Source: an uncultured Gemmatimonadales bacterium (lineage in GTDB: Bacteria; Gemmatimonadota; Gemmatimonadetes; Gemmatimonadales; Gemmatimonadaceae). Taken from it: a stretch of DNA of 64,000 bases. The stretch lies in assembly GCA_963707505.1 (NCBI GenBank), contig CAVPQB010000006.1, forward strand, positions 64,001-128,000, read 5' to 3'. Below, in pieces: positions 1-9,670 of this stretch (position 1 is the first letter of the stretch; each line of letters opens with the position of its first letter). The notes under the pieces were generated by a model, which saw only the letters and a list, made by a program, of their open reading frames with translations, was not told where the DNA came from and searched no databases. The position numbers were made by a program, and so were the translations under genes.

Positions 1-646
1 CGCAGGCGATCGGTCCACTCGCGCAACACCGTGCGCGTTGCGTCGTATAACCTGAGTGCATCATCGTCGCTGATGCGTCCGCTCAGTGCGACTGGCGAGA
101 GACGCGCGCGATGCAATATCTCGTCGGAATATGCGTTACCGATCGCATCGAACATACGCGGATCAGTGAGCGATCGCTTCAGTGTGTGATTCTCGCTCCG
201 CAGCCGCGTGGCAAATGCACTGAAATCCGCGGCGAACACGTCGAGGCCGCCACGATCTATCTGCGACAACGCTTCTCTGCCGCTGACCAGTGACAGCGAA
301 GCCCGTCGCGTGGTTCCGGCTTCGGTGAGAACGAGCGTGCCAGCTGTGAACTCAAACGTTGCGAGACTCAGCTTTTTCGGCGCAGCCTTGCCAGCTCGGC
401 AACCAGCGCAACCTGCCGGCGATCATGAGATGGATGACGATGAACAGGTCGCCTTCCAGCCCAATGACAAGTCGCTTTCCGATTCTCGCGATCTCCGCGA
501 CTTCACGTCCGTTCGACTTCGGAGATTGGCGGATCGAAGGTTCGCAGCACGAACGGATTCAGCACGTGCAACGCGACGAGCCGCTGATTCAGAATGCGCC
601 TGCTCAGCGCCTCGATGTAAACCGTGATATCGGGCAGCTCAGGCAC
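1..646 (-). CDS. mutM: Fpg/Nei family DNA glycosylase (partial at window edge, several frameshifts)
   Basis: Manual translation from GTG at 646: [14 protein letters not shown]; later frames give [11 protein letters not shown] and H2TH motif [19 protein letters not shown]. Missing from the ORF track because of indels. Confidence 0.85.
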
Positions 647-652
647 TCTCGG

Positions 653-1748
653 TCACGTCAGAAATTCGTGCAGCAACGAATGAAAGTGGTGCACTCCGTT
701 CTCTCGCTTCACCGAGTAGCGTCCGCGATCGTAAACCCTGGATCTGAGGTTCTTCTGAACCGCCTCGCAGATCTCTATATCCTCGACCTGTATCTCATCG
801 CTGAACTTCAACAGTCGAGTCCATGTCTCGTCCGCCTCCACGTTTGCCGGAGGATTCGCTGAATACCACTCGAAAATCGTCAACGTGCGATCAGCGCCGA
901 GCGGTAGGATTACGTTCGTCTGCATCTGTCCCAGGTACACATTGAGCATGACGTTGGGGAACAGCCAGTAGTATTGTGCCTGGTCGTCGGCAGTGCCGCT
1001 CTGCTCGGGAGGAAGATAGTTGCGCGCCTCCCGGTTCCCGACGACTGGGCGCAGCGGCGCGTGTTGCAGCGAGTAGTACCGGTGCGGCTCGACGTGATAC
1101 TGATCGTACGCTATCTCCTTGTGAAGACCGGGATGCACCACCGGAATGTGGTAGCCTTCGAGATAGTTGTCGATGTACACCTTCCAGTTGCAGTTGAGTG
1201 TGTACTCGCGCCGCATTACGTAGCGCATCTCGTCGATGTGAAAATGTCGCGCACGATCGGGGATGTCCTCCAGAAACTCGCTCAACGGCGGCGCCTTGAG
1301 ATCCAGATTCGCGAAGACGAGCGATCCCCACTGCGCCACCTGAACCGGCTTGAGGTGCATGTCCCCCATGGAGAATCGCTCGACACCTTCCATCTCCGGC
1401 GCGCGAATCAGATCGCCCTGAAGGTTGTAGGTCCATCCGTGATAGTGGCACTGCAACGTCTTTCGCTTGCCACATCCCACGGCGACCATCCCTGCCCTGT
1501 GCAGGCAGACGTTGTGAAAGCCGCGCAGGGTTTCACCGTCGCGTAGTATCACGATTCCCTCGCCGGCGACGTCTGCAGTGAAGAACTGACCCGACTCGGC
1601 GACCTGCTCTGCACGCCCCACGAGCTGCCACGTTGCGGCCGAATATTCGCTCCTGCTCCAGCTCGAGATAGACCGCATCCGTGTAGAGACGCGACGGAAT
1701 CGTTGATGCGCTCGCGATCGACGCGTCGAACGGGAAATGGACGGGCAT
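653..1748 (-). CDS. Rieske non-heme iron oxygenase alpha subunit (choline monooxygenase-like), one frameshift near 1630
   Basis: Rieske motif CLH...CHYH and mononuclear Fe motif DNYLEGYHIPVVH; the N-terminus (MPVHFPFD..TIPSRLYTD..EQERIF) is in ORF 1533..1748 in another frame. Confidence 0.85.
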
Positions 1749-1786
1749 GAGAAATTCCTGGATCGATTGGTCAGAAATTGTAACAC

Positions 1787-1823
1787 AAAAAGGGGCCCGG
1801 CAGCATCACGCCGCCGGACCCCT
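1787..1823 (-). terminator. Rho-independent terminator
   Basis: Minus strand AGGGGTCCGGCGGC-loop-GCTGCCGGGCCCCT followed by a T run, just after the 1850..2779 gene. Confidence 0.75.
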
Positions 1824-1849
1824 TCATTGAAAGCCTTATCGTAGCGTGC

Positions 1850-2779
1850 TTATGGCACGAGCAGAATCAGGTACGGCGAGGGGCGCCAAAAGGTCTTCGG
1901 GTCAGTAATGTGAATCGCCCCGTGGAACACTCGGCCCTTTGCATTGGACCGGTCTGCACCGGTGAGGTCCTGCGACGAGATGACCTCGTACGAACGCGTG
2001 GTATCTACCGGAACAGTCGTCATCGCTGACATGTCGAACGCCCGGAACAGCGTGGAATCAGGATGGCCGTTGGTCGGCCGGATGGTCTGGCCGATCTTCA
2101 CGATGAACGGGAAGCGCGACCCGCCAACTGCCTGAGCGATGTGGTGCTTCACGAGGTAGTCGGCCGTGCCGCTGACGACGAACACCCTGCGATTCTCATA
2201 AGCTGTGGAATCGATGGTGTAGCCCAGCTGCTGCGTACGGTACTGCAGCGAATCGCCACGGATGTTCGACGCGTAGAGCTGCCGGACCAGTGAATCGGCG
2301 CGCGACTGCGACGACGCGAGCTGGGTCTGCAACGCAGCGACGGTCGTCTGGAACTCCGTGACCTGTGACTTGAGCTGACTGTTCTCGCCACCCAGCCTGG
2401 AAACCCGTTCGTTTATGGTGCGAAGACGGGCCTGTGTGCTCTTGAGACGCGCGAGAGCCTGGACCGTCCGTGCACGAACGCCTTCTTCGTAGGAAGTGAT
2501 CGGCTCACCCTTGTTCTTTGCCTTGACGCCAGCTGAAGAGGTTGCCGAGTCGATTGACGCCATCGCCGCCAGAAGGCTGCGCGTAACGCCCATGAGCGAA
2601 TCCTTCTGTGCCTGTAGCTCCGCCGTCTGGGACACGGTCGTGGAATCGGTCGCCGGTGCCGTGGCGGTGCTGGCTGACGTTGTAGCCCCCGCACTCGTGC
2701 CCTTTTCACCTTTCTGGCAAGCGGCGAGCGTAATCGCCAGCAGGACAGCTGGTGATATCCATCTTGCGGCACGACTCAT
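1850..2779 (-). CDS. Coiled-coil lipoprotein, resembles Bacteroidota Cbp1-type proteins
   Basis: Lipobox LAAC, long heptad region, C-terminal GTADYL..GG and ITDPKTFWRPSPYLIL; family assignment by recollection only. Confidence 0.6.
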   Translation of the reverse strand: MSRAARWISPAVLLAITLAACQKGEKGTSAGATTSASTATAPATDSTTVSQTAELQAQKDSLMGVTRSLLAAMASIDSATSSAGVKAKNKGEPITSYEEGVRARTVQALARLKSTQARLRTINERVSRLGGENSQLKSQVTEFQTTVAALQTQLASSQSRADSLVRQLYASNIRGDSLQYRTQQLGYTIDSTAYENRRVFVVSGTADYLVKHHIAQAVGGSRFPFIVKIGQTIRPTNGHPDSTLFRAFDMSAMTTVPVDTTRSYEVISSQDLTGADRSNAKGRVFHGAIHITDPKTFWRPSPYLILLVP

Positions 2780-3201
2780 ATATGCTGATCTCCCATAGTG
2801 GTTACATGCGCCGCTGCATCCGCAGAGGGCATATTCCGGACTGCTGTTCGAACGAATGCCTGCCAGTATCGCGCCAGAGTGATAATCATATGTTTAACGT
2901 GCTGCGCACCTCGGATCCAGCTGAGCGTGGCGCGAGCAAAAGGATAAGTTTCTCCTATGAAAAAGCCCCGTGAGACGTCGTGGATCATGATCAACTATTT
3001 CCCCGTTTGATCGCGCAATGGATTGCCCTGGATCCACGCCAACGGAGCGCTGGATCGGGGAACAGGGAAATTTTGGCTGGTCAGAGAATCCCCGATCGGG
3101 CCGCCGTCGAAGGGATGCGCCTCACTCCGCCGAGAGACCGTGCCTGTGTACGACAGGCGCTATCCGGACGGCACCCGACGAAGACCGGCGCACCAGTCAC
3201 G

Positions 3202-4653
3202 GTGACACGTGCTGCCAGATGGCTCATGGTGGTCGTCGTAGCCGCATTGACGGTCGCCGCTCCGCGAACGGCGTGGGCCCACGCGCATCTGGTCAGGAGC
3301 GCGCCGGCGGCTGGAGCTCACCTGGGCGTCTCGCCGACTGTGATCGAGCTCTGGTACAGCGAAGCCGCGGCAGCGACGATGACCACGATATCCATCACCG
3401 GACCGGGTGGCAGCCGCGCATCACTCGGTCGGGTGAAGGTCGACCCGAGCAATCCGCTGCGCCTGCTTGCGACGGTCGATGCGCCTCTCCAGCCGGGAAA
3501 GTACACGCTGGCCTGGCGCACCGTCGCGAAGGACGATGGACATCCCTCCAGCGGCAGTTTCACCTTCGTTATCGATAGCGCAGCGCCCGGAACGGCGGCC
3601 GCGTCTATGAATGGCGTCGCTACTGCATCGAGCGGCGCAACACAGAGCGATAGCGCCAGGACGCCGGGCACCACGGCTCCGGTTCCCGTTCAGGGAATGG
3701 ATGTGGAAGCACCGGCCTACGTAGTGGCGCGCTGGCTGAATTTCATCGCGCTTATAACGGTAGTGGGAGCGGCGGCGTTCGTATTGCTCGTACTGCCAAG
3801 GGTGGGCTCGCAGGACGATGCAGACACTGTCAGCGCCTTCGACGATGCCGCGACCAGGCGAGCGGCCAGGCTCGGGCTTGCAGCCGGAATCGTTTTTCTC
3901 ATATCCGCCGTATGCCGACTGTACGCGGAGCACGCCGTCGTCGGAGGCGACGTGGCGATGGGGACGATCCTGGGTTCGTTCTGGGGGCGAATCTGGGTCA
4001 CGCAGTTTGTCATTGCGGTGATCGTGTGCATTGCCTTTGCATCTGCTCGTGGCTCGCGCCGAGGAGGGATCGCATGGCTCGCTGTTGCTATTGTTTCGGT
4101 GGCGCTGGCGGCAACGCCGGCATTCTCCGGACACGCCATTGCTGCCCCCGGAAACAGAGGCCTCTCCATTGCACTCGACGTCATTCACGTAGTGGCGGCA
4201 GGCGCGTGGCTGGGCGGGTTGCTGACGCTCACAGTCGTTGGCGTGCCGGTGGCGCTCTCGATTGGTAAATCGACTGACACGGATGCGCGCGCGCCACGAG
4301 GGCTGCCATTGGTTGCAAGACTGGTGAATGCGTTCAGTCCGCTGGCGCTGGTCTTTGCGGGATTCGTCGTTGCCAGCGGCGTGATTGCCGCGTGGATGCG
4401 TATCGGATCTTTCACGGCGCTGTTCCATTCGACGTATGGCACGGTGCTTCTCGTAAAGCTGGGCCTTGTGATACTCGTACTCGCCGGCGGCGCGTACAAC
4501 TGGCTGCGGATGCGCGGAGCGCTCGCTCACCGGGAGACGGGCGCGTCTGCGGTTGGCAGCTTCCGGCGCTCGGCGTGGATCGAGCTCACAGCTGGAGTGC
4601 TCGTGATCGCCGCCACAGCTGTCCTCGTGGCGACTCAGCCGCCTGTGCGCTGA
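3202..4653 (+). CDS. CopC-CopD fusion copper uptake/resistance protein
   Basis: Signal peptide then AHAHLVRSAP and DGHPSSGSFTF (CopC); multi-TM CopD domain with SGHA, HVVAAGAWLGGL, YGTVLLVKL. Start inferred at GTG 3202 rather than 2980. Confidence 0.9.
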   Translation: MTRAARWLMVVVVAALTVAAPRTAWAHAHLVRSAPAAGAHLGVSPTVIELWYSEAAAATMTTISITGPGGSRASLGRVKVDPSNPLRLLATVDAPLQPGKYTLAWRTVAKDDGHPSSGSFTFVIDSAAPGTAAASMNGVATASSGATQSDSARTPGTTAPVPVQGMDVEAPAYVVARWLNFIALITVVGAAAFVLLVLPRVGSQDDADTVSAFDDAATRRAARLGLAAGIVFLISAVCRLYAEHAVVGGDVAMGTILGSFWGRIWVTQFVIAVIVCIAFASARGSRRGGIAWLAVAIVSVALAATPAFSGHAIAAPGNRGLSIALDVIHVVAAGAWLGGLLTLTVVGVPVALSIGKSTDTDARAPRGLPLVARLVNAFSPLALVFAGFVVASGVIAAWMRIGSFTALFHSTYGTVLLVKLGLVILVLAGGAYNWLRMRGALAHRETGASAVGSFRRSAWIELTAGVLVIAATAVLVATQPPVR

Positions 4654-4816
4654 GTCACGCAGCTCACGTCGAAGCGGGAATACTCGCTTCTCTCCGGAGC
4701 GGCTCGGGACCATGCTGCCGATGGCTGGGTATGATATCGCTTCTGGTGACGTGACCGGACGCTGATCCGCGCCACGATGCGCCCCTTTCGATACGTCAAC
4801 GATCGAGGAACTCGGC

Positions 4817-6325
4817 ATGACAGGCGGGCCAAGCCAATCGAGCCTGACGCGCTGGGCCACGCCGGCGCGAGGATACAGCGCCGGCGGCGTTGATGATTCT
4901 GTTTCGAGGACGCGACGAACGGCATGGTGGGCGCCTCTCGCATTCGTCGCAGTCGTACTCGCCGTTCTGACCGCGACTCCGGTGCTGGTGAGTTATCGCG
5001 TGCGCCGACTGCGCGATCAGCTTACTGACGGCAGCGGCGCGGGACGGGTCATCGTCAACGATCTCGAAGTAGCATTTGCGACACAACTACTGATCCACGA
5101 AGGCGAGAATGCTGCCGGCACCCCTGCGGCAAGTGCGTCGGGTGATTCGCTCGCCAAGTTGCGTGAGCGGGTCGACGAAGTGGCGCTCGATTCAGTTGCA
5201 CGACGTGTGGGGCCGGATGCCGTCGAGCAATTCGTGGAGCTGCGCACGCTTGCGAGATCGTGGCACGACCGGATGGACTCGGAGGTGGTCACGTCTGGAG
5301 TCGCGACGGCGAGACTCACCAAGGGTCTCAGCATAACCGCGCAGCAAGTTCTCAACTCCGCCGAGGCACTGGACAGCTATTTCCAGGCGCTGGGACTGCA
5401 GCAACGCGCGCGCATTCGAAGCCTCGAACGGGTGAACCTGATATCGGCCGTGATACTCGCACCGCTGGCACTTGCTGGAGCGCTGGTGCTCTTCTGGACA
5501 GGACGGCGCACGCTGTTCTTCGCGCACGCCGCAGAGCGCGACAGGGCAGCGCTTGCGCGCGCGATGCTGTCCAAGGCCACGCTCCTTCGCGGCCTTACAC
5601 ACGACCTCAAGAATCCACTCGGCGCCGCCTACGGCTACGCGGAGCTTCTCCAGGACAACATGGTGGGCCCGGTTTCCCCGGAGCAACACGAAATGCTCGG
5701 CAGGATCAAGGGGCTCGTCACATTGTCCGTGACTACCGTGAACGACCTGCTGGAATTGTATCGCGACGGCTCCGACGGTCTGCAACTACAGCGAGTGCCG
5801 ACCGAGTTGGACAGTCTGGCGCGAGTCGTAGTGGCGGATTTCATGGCGGAGGCGCAGCATGCAAATCTGGATCTCGCGTTCGAGAGCGATACCTTGTTGG
5901 AATCGGATGAGCCGCGCGCGGCCGGCAATTCGTCCACTCTTGCGAGCACCGATCCGGCGCGGGTACGGCAGATCCTCGGGAATCTGGTTTCGAATGCGAT
6001 CAAGTACACGCCGGCAGGCGGCCGCGTGCGACTGTCGATCCGCGGACCGAGCAAGAGTGATCCGCGGATTGCGATCGACGTGAGAGATACGGGGCCCGGC
6101 ATCCCGGCGCCATTTCAGGAACGCATCTTCGAAGAATTCTTCCGTCTACCGGAGAACGAAGGAATTGCCGGATCGGGTGTAGGACTCGCAATCAGTCGTC
6201 GCTTCGCGCGTCTGTTGGGCGGCGATATCACGGTGACGGACTGGTTCGAGGGCGGATCCGTATTCACTCTGTGGCTGCCTGCGGATCGGGCGGGAAAACA
6301 CAATGCGCCGGTAAGGGTCGCGTAG
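4817..6325 (+). CDS. Membrane sensor histidine kinase
   Basis: Two TM helices, H-box THDLKNPL, N-box GNLVSNAIKYT, DTGPGI, GSGVGL. Confidence 0.92.
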   Translation: MTGGPSQSSLTRWATPARGYSAGGVDDSVSRTRRTAWWAPLAFVAVVLAVLTATPVLVSYRVRRLRDQLTDGSGAGRVIVNDLEVAFATQLLIHEGENAAGTPAASASGDSLAKLRERVDEVALDSVARRVGPDAVEQFVELRTLARSWHDRMDSEVVTSGVATARLTKGLSITAQQVLNSAEALDSYFQALGLQQRARIRSLERVNLISAVILAPLALAGALVLFWTGRRTLFFAHAAERDRAALARAMLSKATLLRGLTHDLKNPLGAAYGYAELLQDNMVGPVSPEQHEMLGRIKGLVTLSVTTVNDLLELYRDGSDGLQLQRVPTELDSLARVVVADFMAEAQHANLDLAFESDTLLESDEPRAAGNSSTLASTDPARVRQILGNLVSNAIKYTPAGGRVRLSIRGPSKSDPRIAIDVRDTGPGIPAPFQERIFEEFFRLPENEGIAGSGVGLAISRRFARLLGGDITVTDWFEGGSVFTLWLPADRAGKHNAPVRVA

Positions 6326-6346
6326 ACGGAAACGCAGCATGGCAAA

Positions 6347-6414
6347 GATCCGTCATCCCCGCAAAAGAGGACCATCCGGACACGTCATTCCCGCTTTCGC
6401 GGGAATGACGGATC
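6347..6414. repeat. REP-like nested palindrome between convergent genes
   Basis: Perfect hairpin CGTCATTCCCGC-TTTC-GCGGGAATGACG (6383-6410), a degenerate copy CGTCATCCCCGCAAAAGAGG, and outer inverted repeat GATCCGTCAT/ATGACGGATC. Confidence 0.65.
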
Positions 6415-8707
6415 ATTTAACCGGCGGCAGATTCGTCAGCAGATACCGCGTCAACAACGAGTAGACGTGAAGCGTGGTACCCGCGCCCTCACAGATGCAG
6501 TGAGTGCGATTGGGATACACCATCATGTCGAACTCCTTGCCGAGCGACACCAGGCGATTGACGAGACGCTCGGTGCCCTGATAGTGAACGTTGTCATCGC
6601 CCGATCCGTGCACCACGAGCAACTTGCCGCGCAACCCCTGCGCGAAGTTGATCGGCGATCCGACATCGTAGCCGTGCGCATTGGTGGATGGGAGGCCGAC
6701 GTAGCGCTCCTCGTAAATCGTGTCGTACAATCGTTGATCCGCGACAGGCGCCACAGCCATGCCGAGCTTGTACACGTCCGGATAACGGAACATCGCGTTG
6801 AGCGTGCTCGATCCACCACCGCTCCAACCCCAGATCGCGACGCGACTGCTATCCGCGTACGATCTCGTGCGCGCGAACGTACGTACCGCCTCCGCTTCTT
6901 CCTTGCTCGAAAGCGGTCCAATGGCGCCATAGATAACGTGACGCCATGCGCGTCCCTTTGGCGCTGGTGTCCCGCGGGTGTCGAAGCTGACGACGATATA
7001 GCCGAGGTCGGCCAACATACGATGCCACAACATTCCAGGGCCACCCCAGCGATCCACTACTGTCTGTGCGGCTGGCTCGCCATATACCTGAACGAGTACT
7101 GGATATTTCCTGTTCGGATCGAAGTTGCGCGGGCGCAACATCCAGCCATCGAGTGTGGCACCGTCGCTGATGTGAACCTGAAAGAATTCGACAGGAGGCT
7201 GCACCAGTGACGCGACCGCGGTCCTGAGCGCCGCGTTGGTGACGAGCGTACGCGCAGAGCGATGCGCGGGCAGCTCGACGATGTCAGTGACCGGTGGCGT
7301 GTCGAACGTCGAATATGTGTGGACTGCCCACTGTGCGTTCGGCGATATCGAATAGCTGTTGGTGCCAGTGAGGTTTGCCGGCGTCACGCGCTCAGGCGGG
7401 CCAGGCGACCGGTAGGATACGCGGTAGAGGTACCGTTGCGTGGCGTTCGTCGGCGATGCGACAACGTAGAGCCAGCCGCGCTTCTGATCGACACCCGCGA
7501 CGGAGACCACATCATACGCGCCGGGTGTGACGAGCCGCAATTCGCCTGTCGCACGACTGCCTACATATATATGGCGCCATCCATCGCGCTCACTCGGCCA
7601 GAGAAATTCCTTGCCGCCATTCAACCACTGGAAGTCCTGCTCACGCATGTCGACCCAGGTGGTATCCTGTTCCGTGAGGAGACGATGTATGTCGCCGGTG
7701 CTCACGCTCGCTAGGACGAGATTATCCGTGTTCTGAAGGCGGTTCATCCGCTGGATGACCACGTTGTTCGCGTCAGCCCATTCCATCCATGGGACGTAGT
7801 TGTTGCGCGGGTCACCGGTGAGCTTGGCCCAGACAACGGGACCACCCGTGGCATCGACGACACCTACGCGAACCGCTGAATTGGTCGTGCCCGCCTTGGG
7901 GTACTGGATTTCTTTCGTGACGGGATACAACGAGTCCGTATCATTGATGAGCGTGAAGTTGCGGACTCCGGACATGTCGAACTGCCAGAACGCAATGTGT
8001 CGCGAGTCGGGACTCCATCTGAATCCGTCGCGCAGGTCGAATTCCTCTTCGTATACCCAGTCACTCATGCCGTTGACGAGCGTGCGCGTCGCGTCGCTCG
8101 TCAATCTCGTTACGGCGCCACCGGCAGTCGGCTCGACGTACAGGTCGCCCTTGTAGACGTAGCCTACGTGCGACCCGTCCGGAGAGAACTTGGCAAACAT
8201 GAGCGTACTGGGCTCGGTACTGGTGCCCACCCGGTGGAGTGCGCCGGAATGCGTATCGAGCACCCAGTAGTCACCGCGTGTGTTCTGACGCCACACCTTC
8301 TGGGTGTTCGTGAAGATGAGCAGATGACTTCCGTCCTGTGACCACGCGTAGTTATCGACTTCGAGCGGTTTTGCCGAAGTCGATGGACGGAGCTGTCGTG
8401 CCGAGACCAGAACCTCTCGCGCGCCGGTTCCCGCTGCATACTGCACGATGTCGGTGCCACCGGCAACATCTTTCGATGGCTCGAGTGTCGTGTAGTGAGT
8501 TCCGTCATCACGCCAGCGCGCGGGGGCGGCCCGATCGCCGACGTAGGCTCTGGAATCGAAGATCCGGTGTAGCGATGAATCGACATGCGCGGGAAGCTGC
8601 CCGTGCAGCCGTACCGGAACAACCGACACAATGGTCGCTGCTGCTGCGACGTACGCCAGGCGGTGAAGCATACCTGACCGCGCGGCGCAGCTCGAATGAA
8701 GATTCAT
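6413..8707 (-). CDS. S9B dipeptidyl peptidase IV (Xaa-Pro dipeptidyl aminopeptidase)
   Basis: DWVYEEE motif, YPKAG, nucleophile GWSGGG, HGSGDDNVH, catalytic His in YPNRTH; signal peptide. Confidence 0.92.
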   Translation of the reverse strand: MNLHSSCAARSGMLHRLAYVAAAATIVSVVPVRLHGQLPAHVDSSLHRIFDSRAYVGDRAAPARWRDDGTHYTTLEPSKDVAGGTDIVQYAAGTGAREVLVSARQLRPSTSAKPLEVDNYAWSQDGSHLLIFTNTQKVWRQNTRGDYWVLDTHSGALHRVGTSTEPSTLMFAKFSPDGSHVGYVYKGDLYVEPTAGGAVTRLTSDATRTLVNGMSDWVYEEEFDLRDGFRWSPDSRHIAFWQFDMSGVRNFTLINDTDSLYPVTKEIQYPKAGTTNSAVRVGVVDATGGPVVWAKLTGDPRNNYVPWMEWADANNVVIQRMNRLQNTDNLVLASVSTGDIHRLLTEQDTTWVDMREQDFQWLNGGKEFLWPSERDGWRHIYVGSRATGELRLVTPGAYDVVSVAGVDQKRGWLYVVASPTNATQRYLYRVSYRSPGPPERVTPANLTGTNSYSISPNAQWAVHTYSTFDTPPVTDIVELPAHRSARTLVTNAALRTAVASLVQPPVEFFQVHISDGATLDGWMLRPRNFDPNRKYPVLVQVYGEPAAQTVVDRWGGPGMLWHRMLADLGYIVVSFDTRGTPAPKGRAWRHVIYGAIGPLSSKEEAEAVRTFARTRSYADSSRVAIWGWSGGGSSTLNAMFRYPDVYKLGMAVAPVADQRLYDTIYEERYVGLPSTNAHGYDVGSPINFAQGLRGKLLVVHGSGDDNVHYQGTERLVNRLVSLGKEFDMMVYPNRTHCICEGAGTTLHVYSLLTRYLLTNLPPVK

Positions 8708-8734
8708 GGCAGTTGCCGTGAAGAGGGTAGCCGA

Positions 8735-9670
8735 TCAGGCAGCGGACGCCGTAGTCGTCATCGGTGTTGATTTGACGGCGGGACGGCGTGCGAGATGATC
8801 CCGGAGCAGCTTGCGAGTTTCTGCGATGGCAGACGCGGGTAGCTCGAGGCGCGGCGCACGAACCGACGCGGTTCCGCAACCCATCTCCTGTTGCACGAAC
8901 TTGATGTACTGAACGAATTCCGGCACCGTATCGAGGCGTAGCAGCGGCAGGAACCAGTCGTAGATCGCCCGCGCTTCCTTGATCTTGCCCGCGCTGGCCA
9001 GCCGCACGAGCTCCACTGATTCGGCGGGAAATGCATTGACCAGGCCGGCGATCCATCCGCTGGCGCCCATGACGATGGATTCGACGATCATGTCGTCAAG
9101 GCCGGCGAATACGTTGAGCCTGTCACCCACTCGCGCAACAACGGCCGTAACGCGGCGTACGTCGCCACTGGATTCCTTCACTGCGTGGAGATTCGGATGC
9201 TTCGTCAGCTCAGCTACCTGTTCCGGAGTGACGTCCGTACCGTACGCGATGGGATTGTTGTAGAGCATGCACGAGAGATCCGTCGCCTCGATCACGGCGC
9301 TGAAGTGTGCGCGCATTTCCGGCCAACTGCCCTTGTACACGTAAGGCGGGAGCGCCATGATACCTTCGCATCCCACCTGAGCCGCGCGTTTCGCAAGTGC
9401 GACACATTCAACGGTCTGAAGACCCGAGATGCCGGCGACGATCGGAACACGCTTGCCGACCGAGCTCACACAGGTTCGAAGTATCTCGACCTTTTCATCG
9501 AAGTCGAGCGTTGCACTTTCACCAAGCGATCCGAGCGCAACGATGCCGGTGCAGCCGTGATCTACGAGCCACGAAACATGGCGCGCCACGAAATCGTGAT
9601 CGACAGTCAGATCCTGCTTGAACGGCGTTGTGATCGCGGGGAACACACCCGTCCATTGCGCCTTCTTCAT
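8735..9670 (-). CDS. lhpC: DHDPS-family enzyme, probable delta1-pyrroline-4-hydroxy-2-carboxylate deaminase
   Basis: GSLGE (not DapA GTTGE), LYNNP, Schiff-base KESSGD; inside hydroxyproline operon. Confidence 0.8.
   Translation of the reverse strand: MKKAQWTGVFPAITTPFKQDLTVDHDFVARHVSWLVDHGCTGIVALGSLGESATLDFDEKVEILRTCVSSVGKRVPIVAGISGLQTVECVALAKRAAQVGCEGIMALPPYVYKGSWPEMRAHFSAVIEATDLSCMLYNNPIAYGTDVTPEQVAELTKHPNLHAVKESSGDVRRVTAVVARVGDRLNVFAGLDDMIVESIVMGASGWIAGLVNAFPAESVELVRLASAGKIKEARAIYDWFLPLLRLDTVPEFVQYIKFVQQEMGCGTASVRAPRLELPASAIAETRKLLRDHLARRPAVKSTPMTTTASAA

Noticed and set aside
2878..2900. Fur-box-like GATAATCATATG upstream of copCD
   Set aside because: Only a half match to GATAATGATAATCATTATC; no supporting second site.
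8735..9670. Lysine biosynthesis dapA
   Set aside because: GSLGE instead of GTTGE and catabolic operon context.
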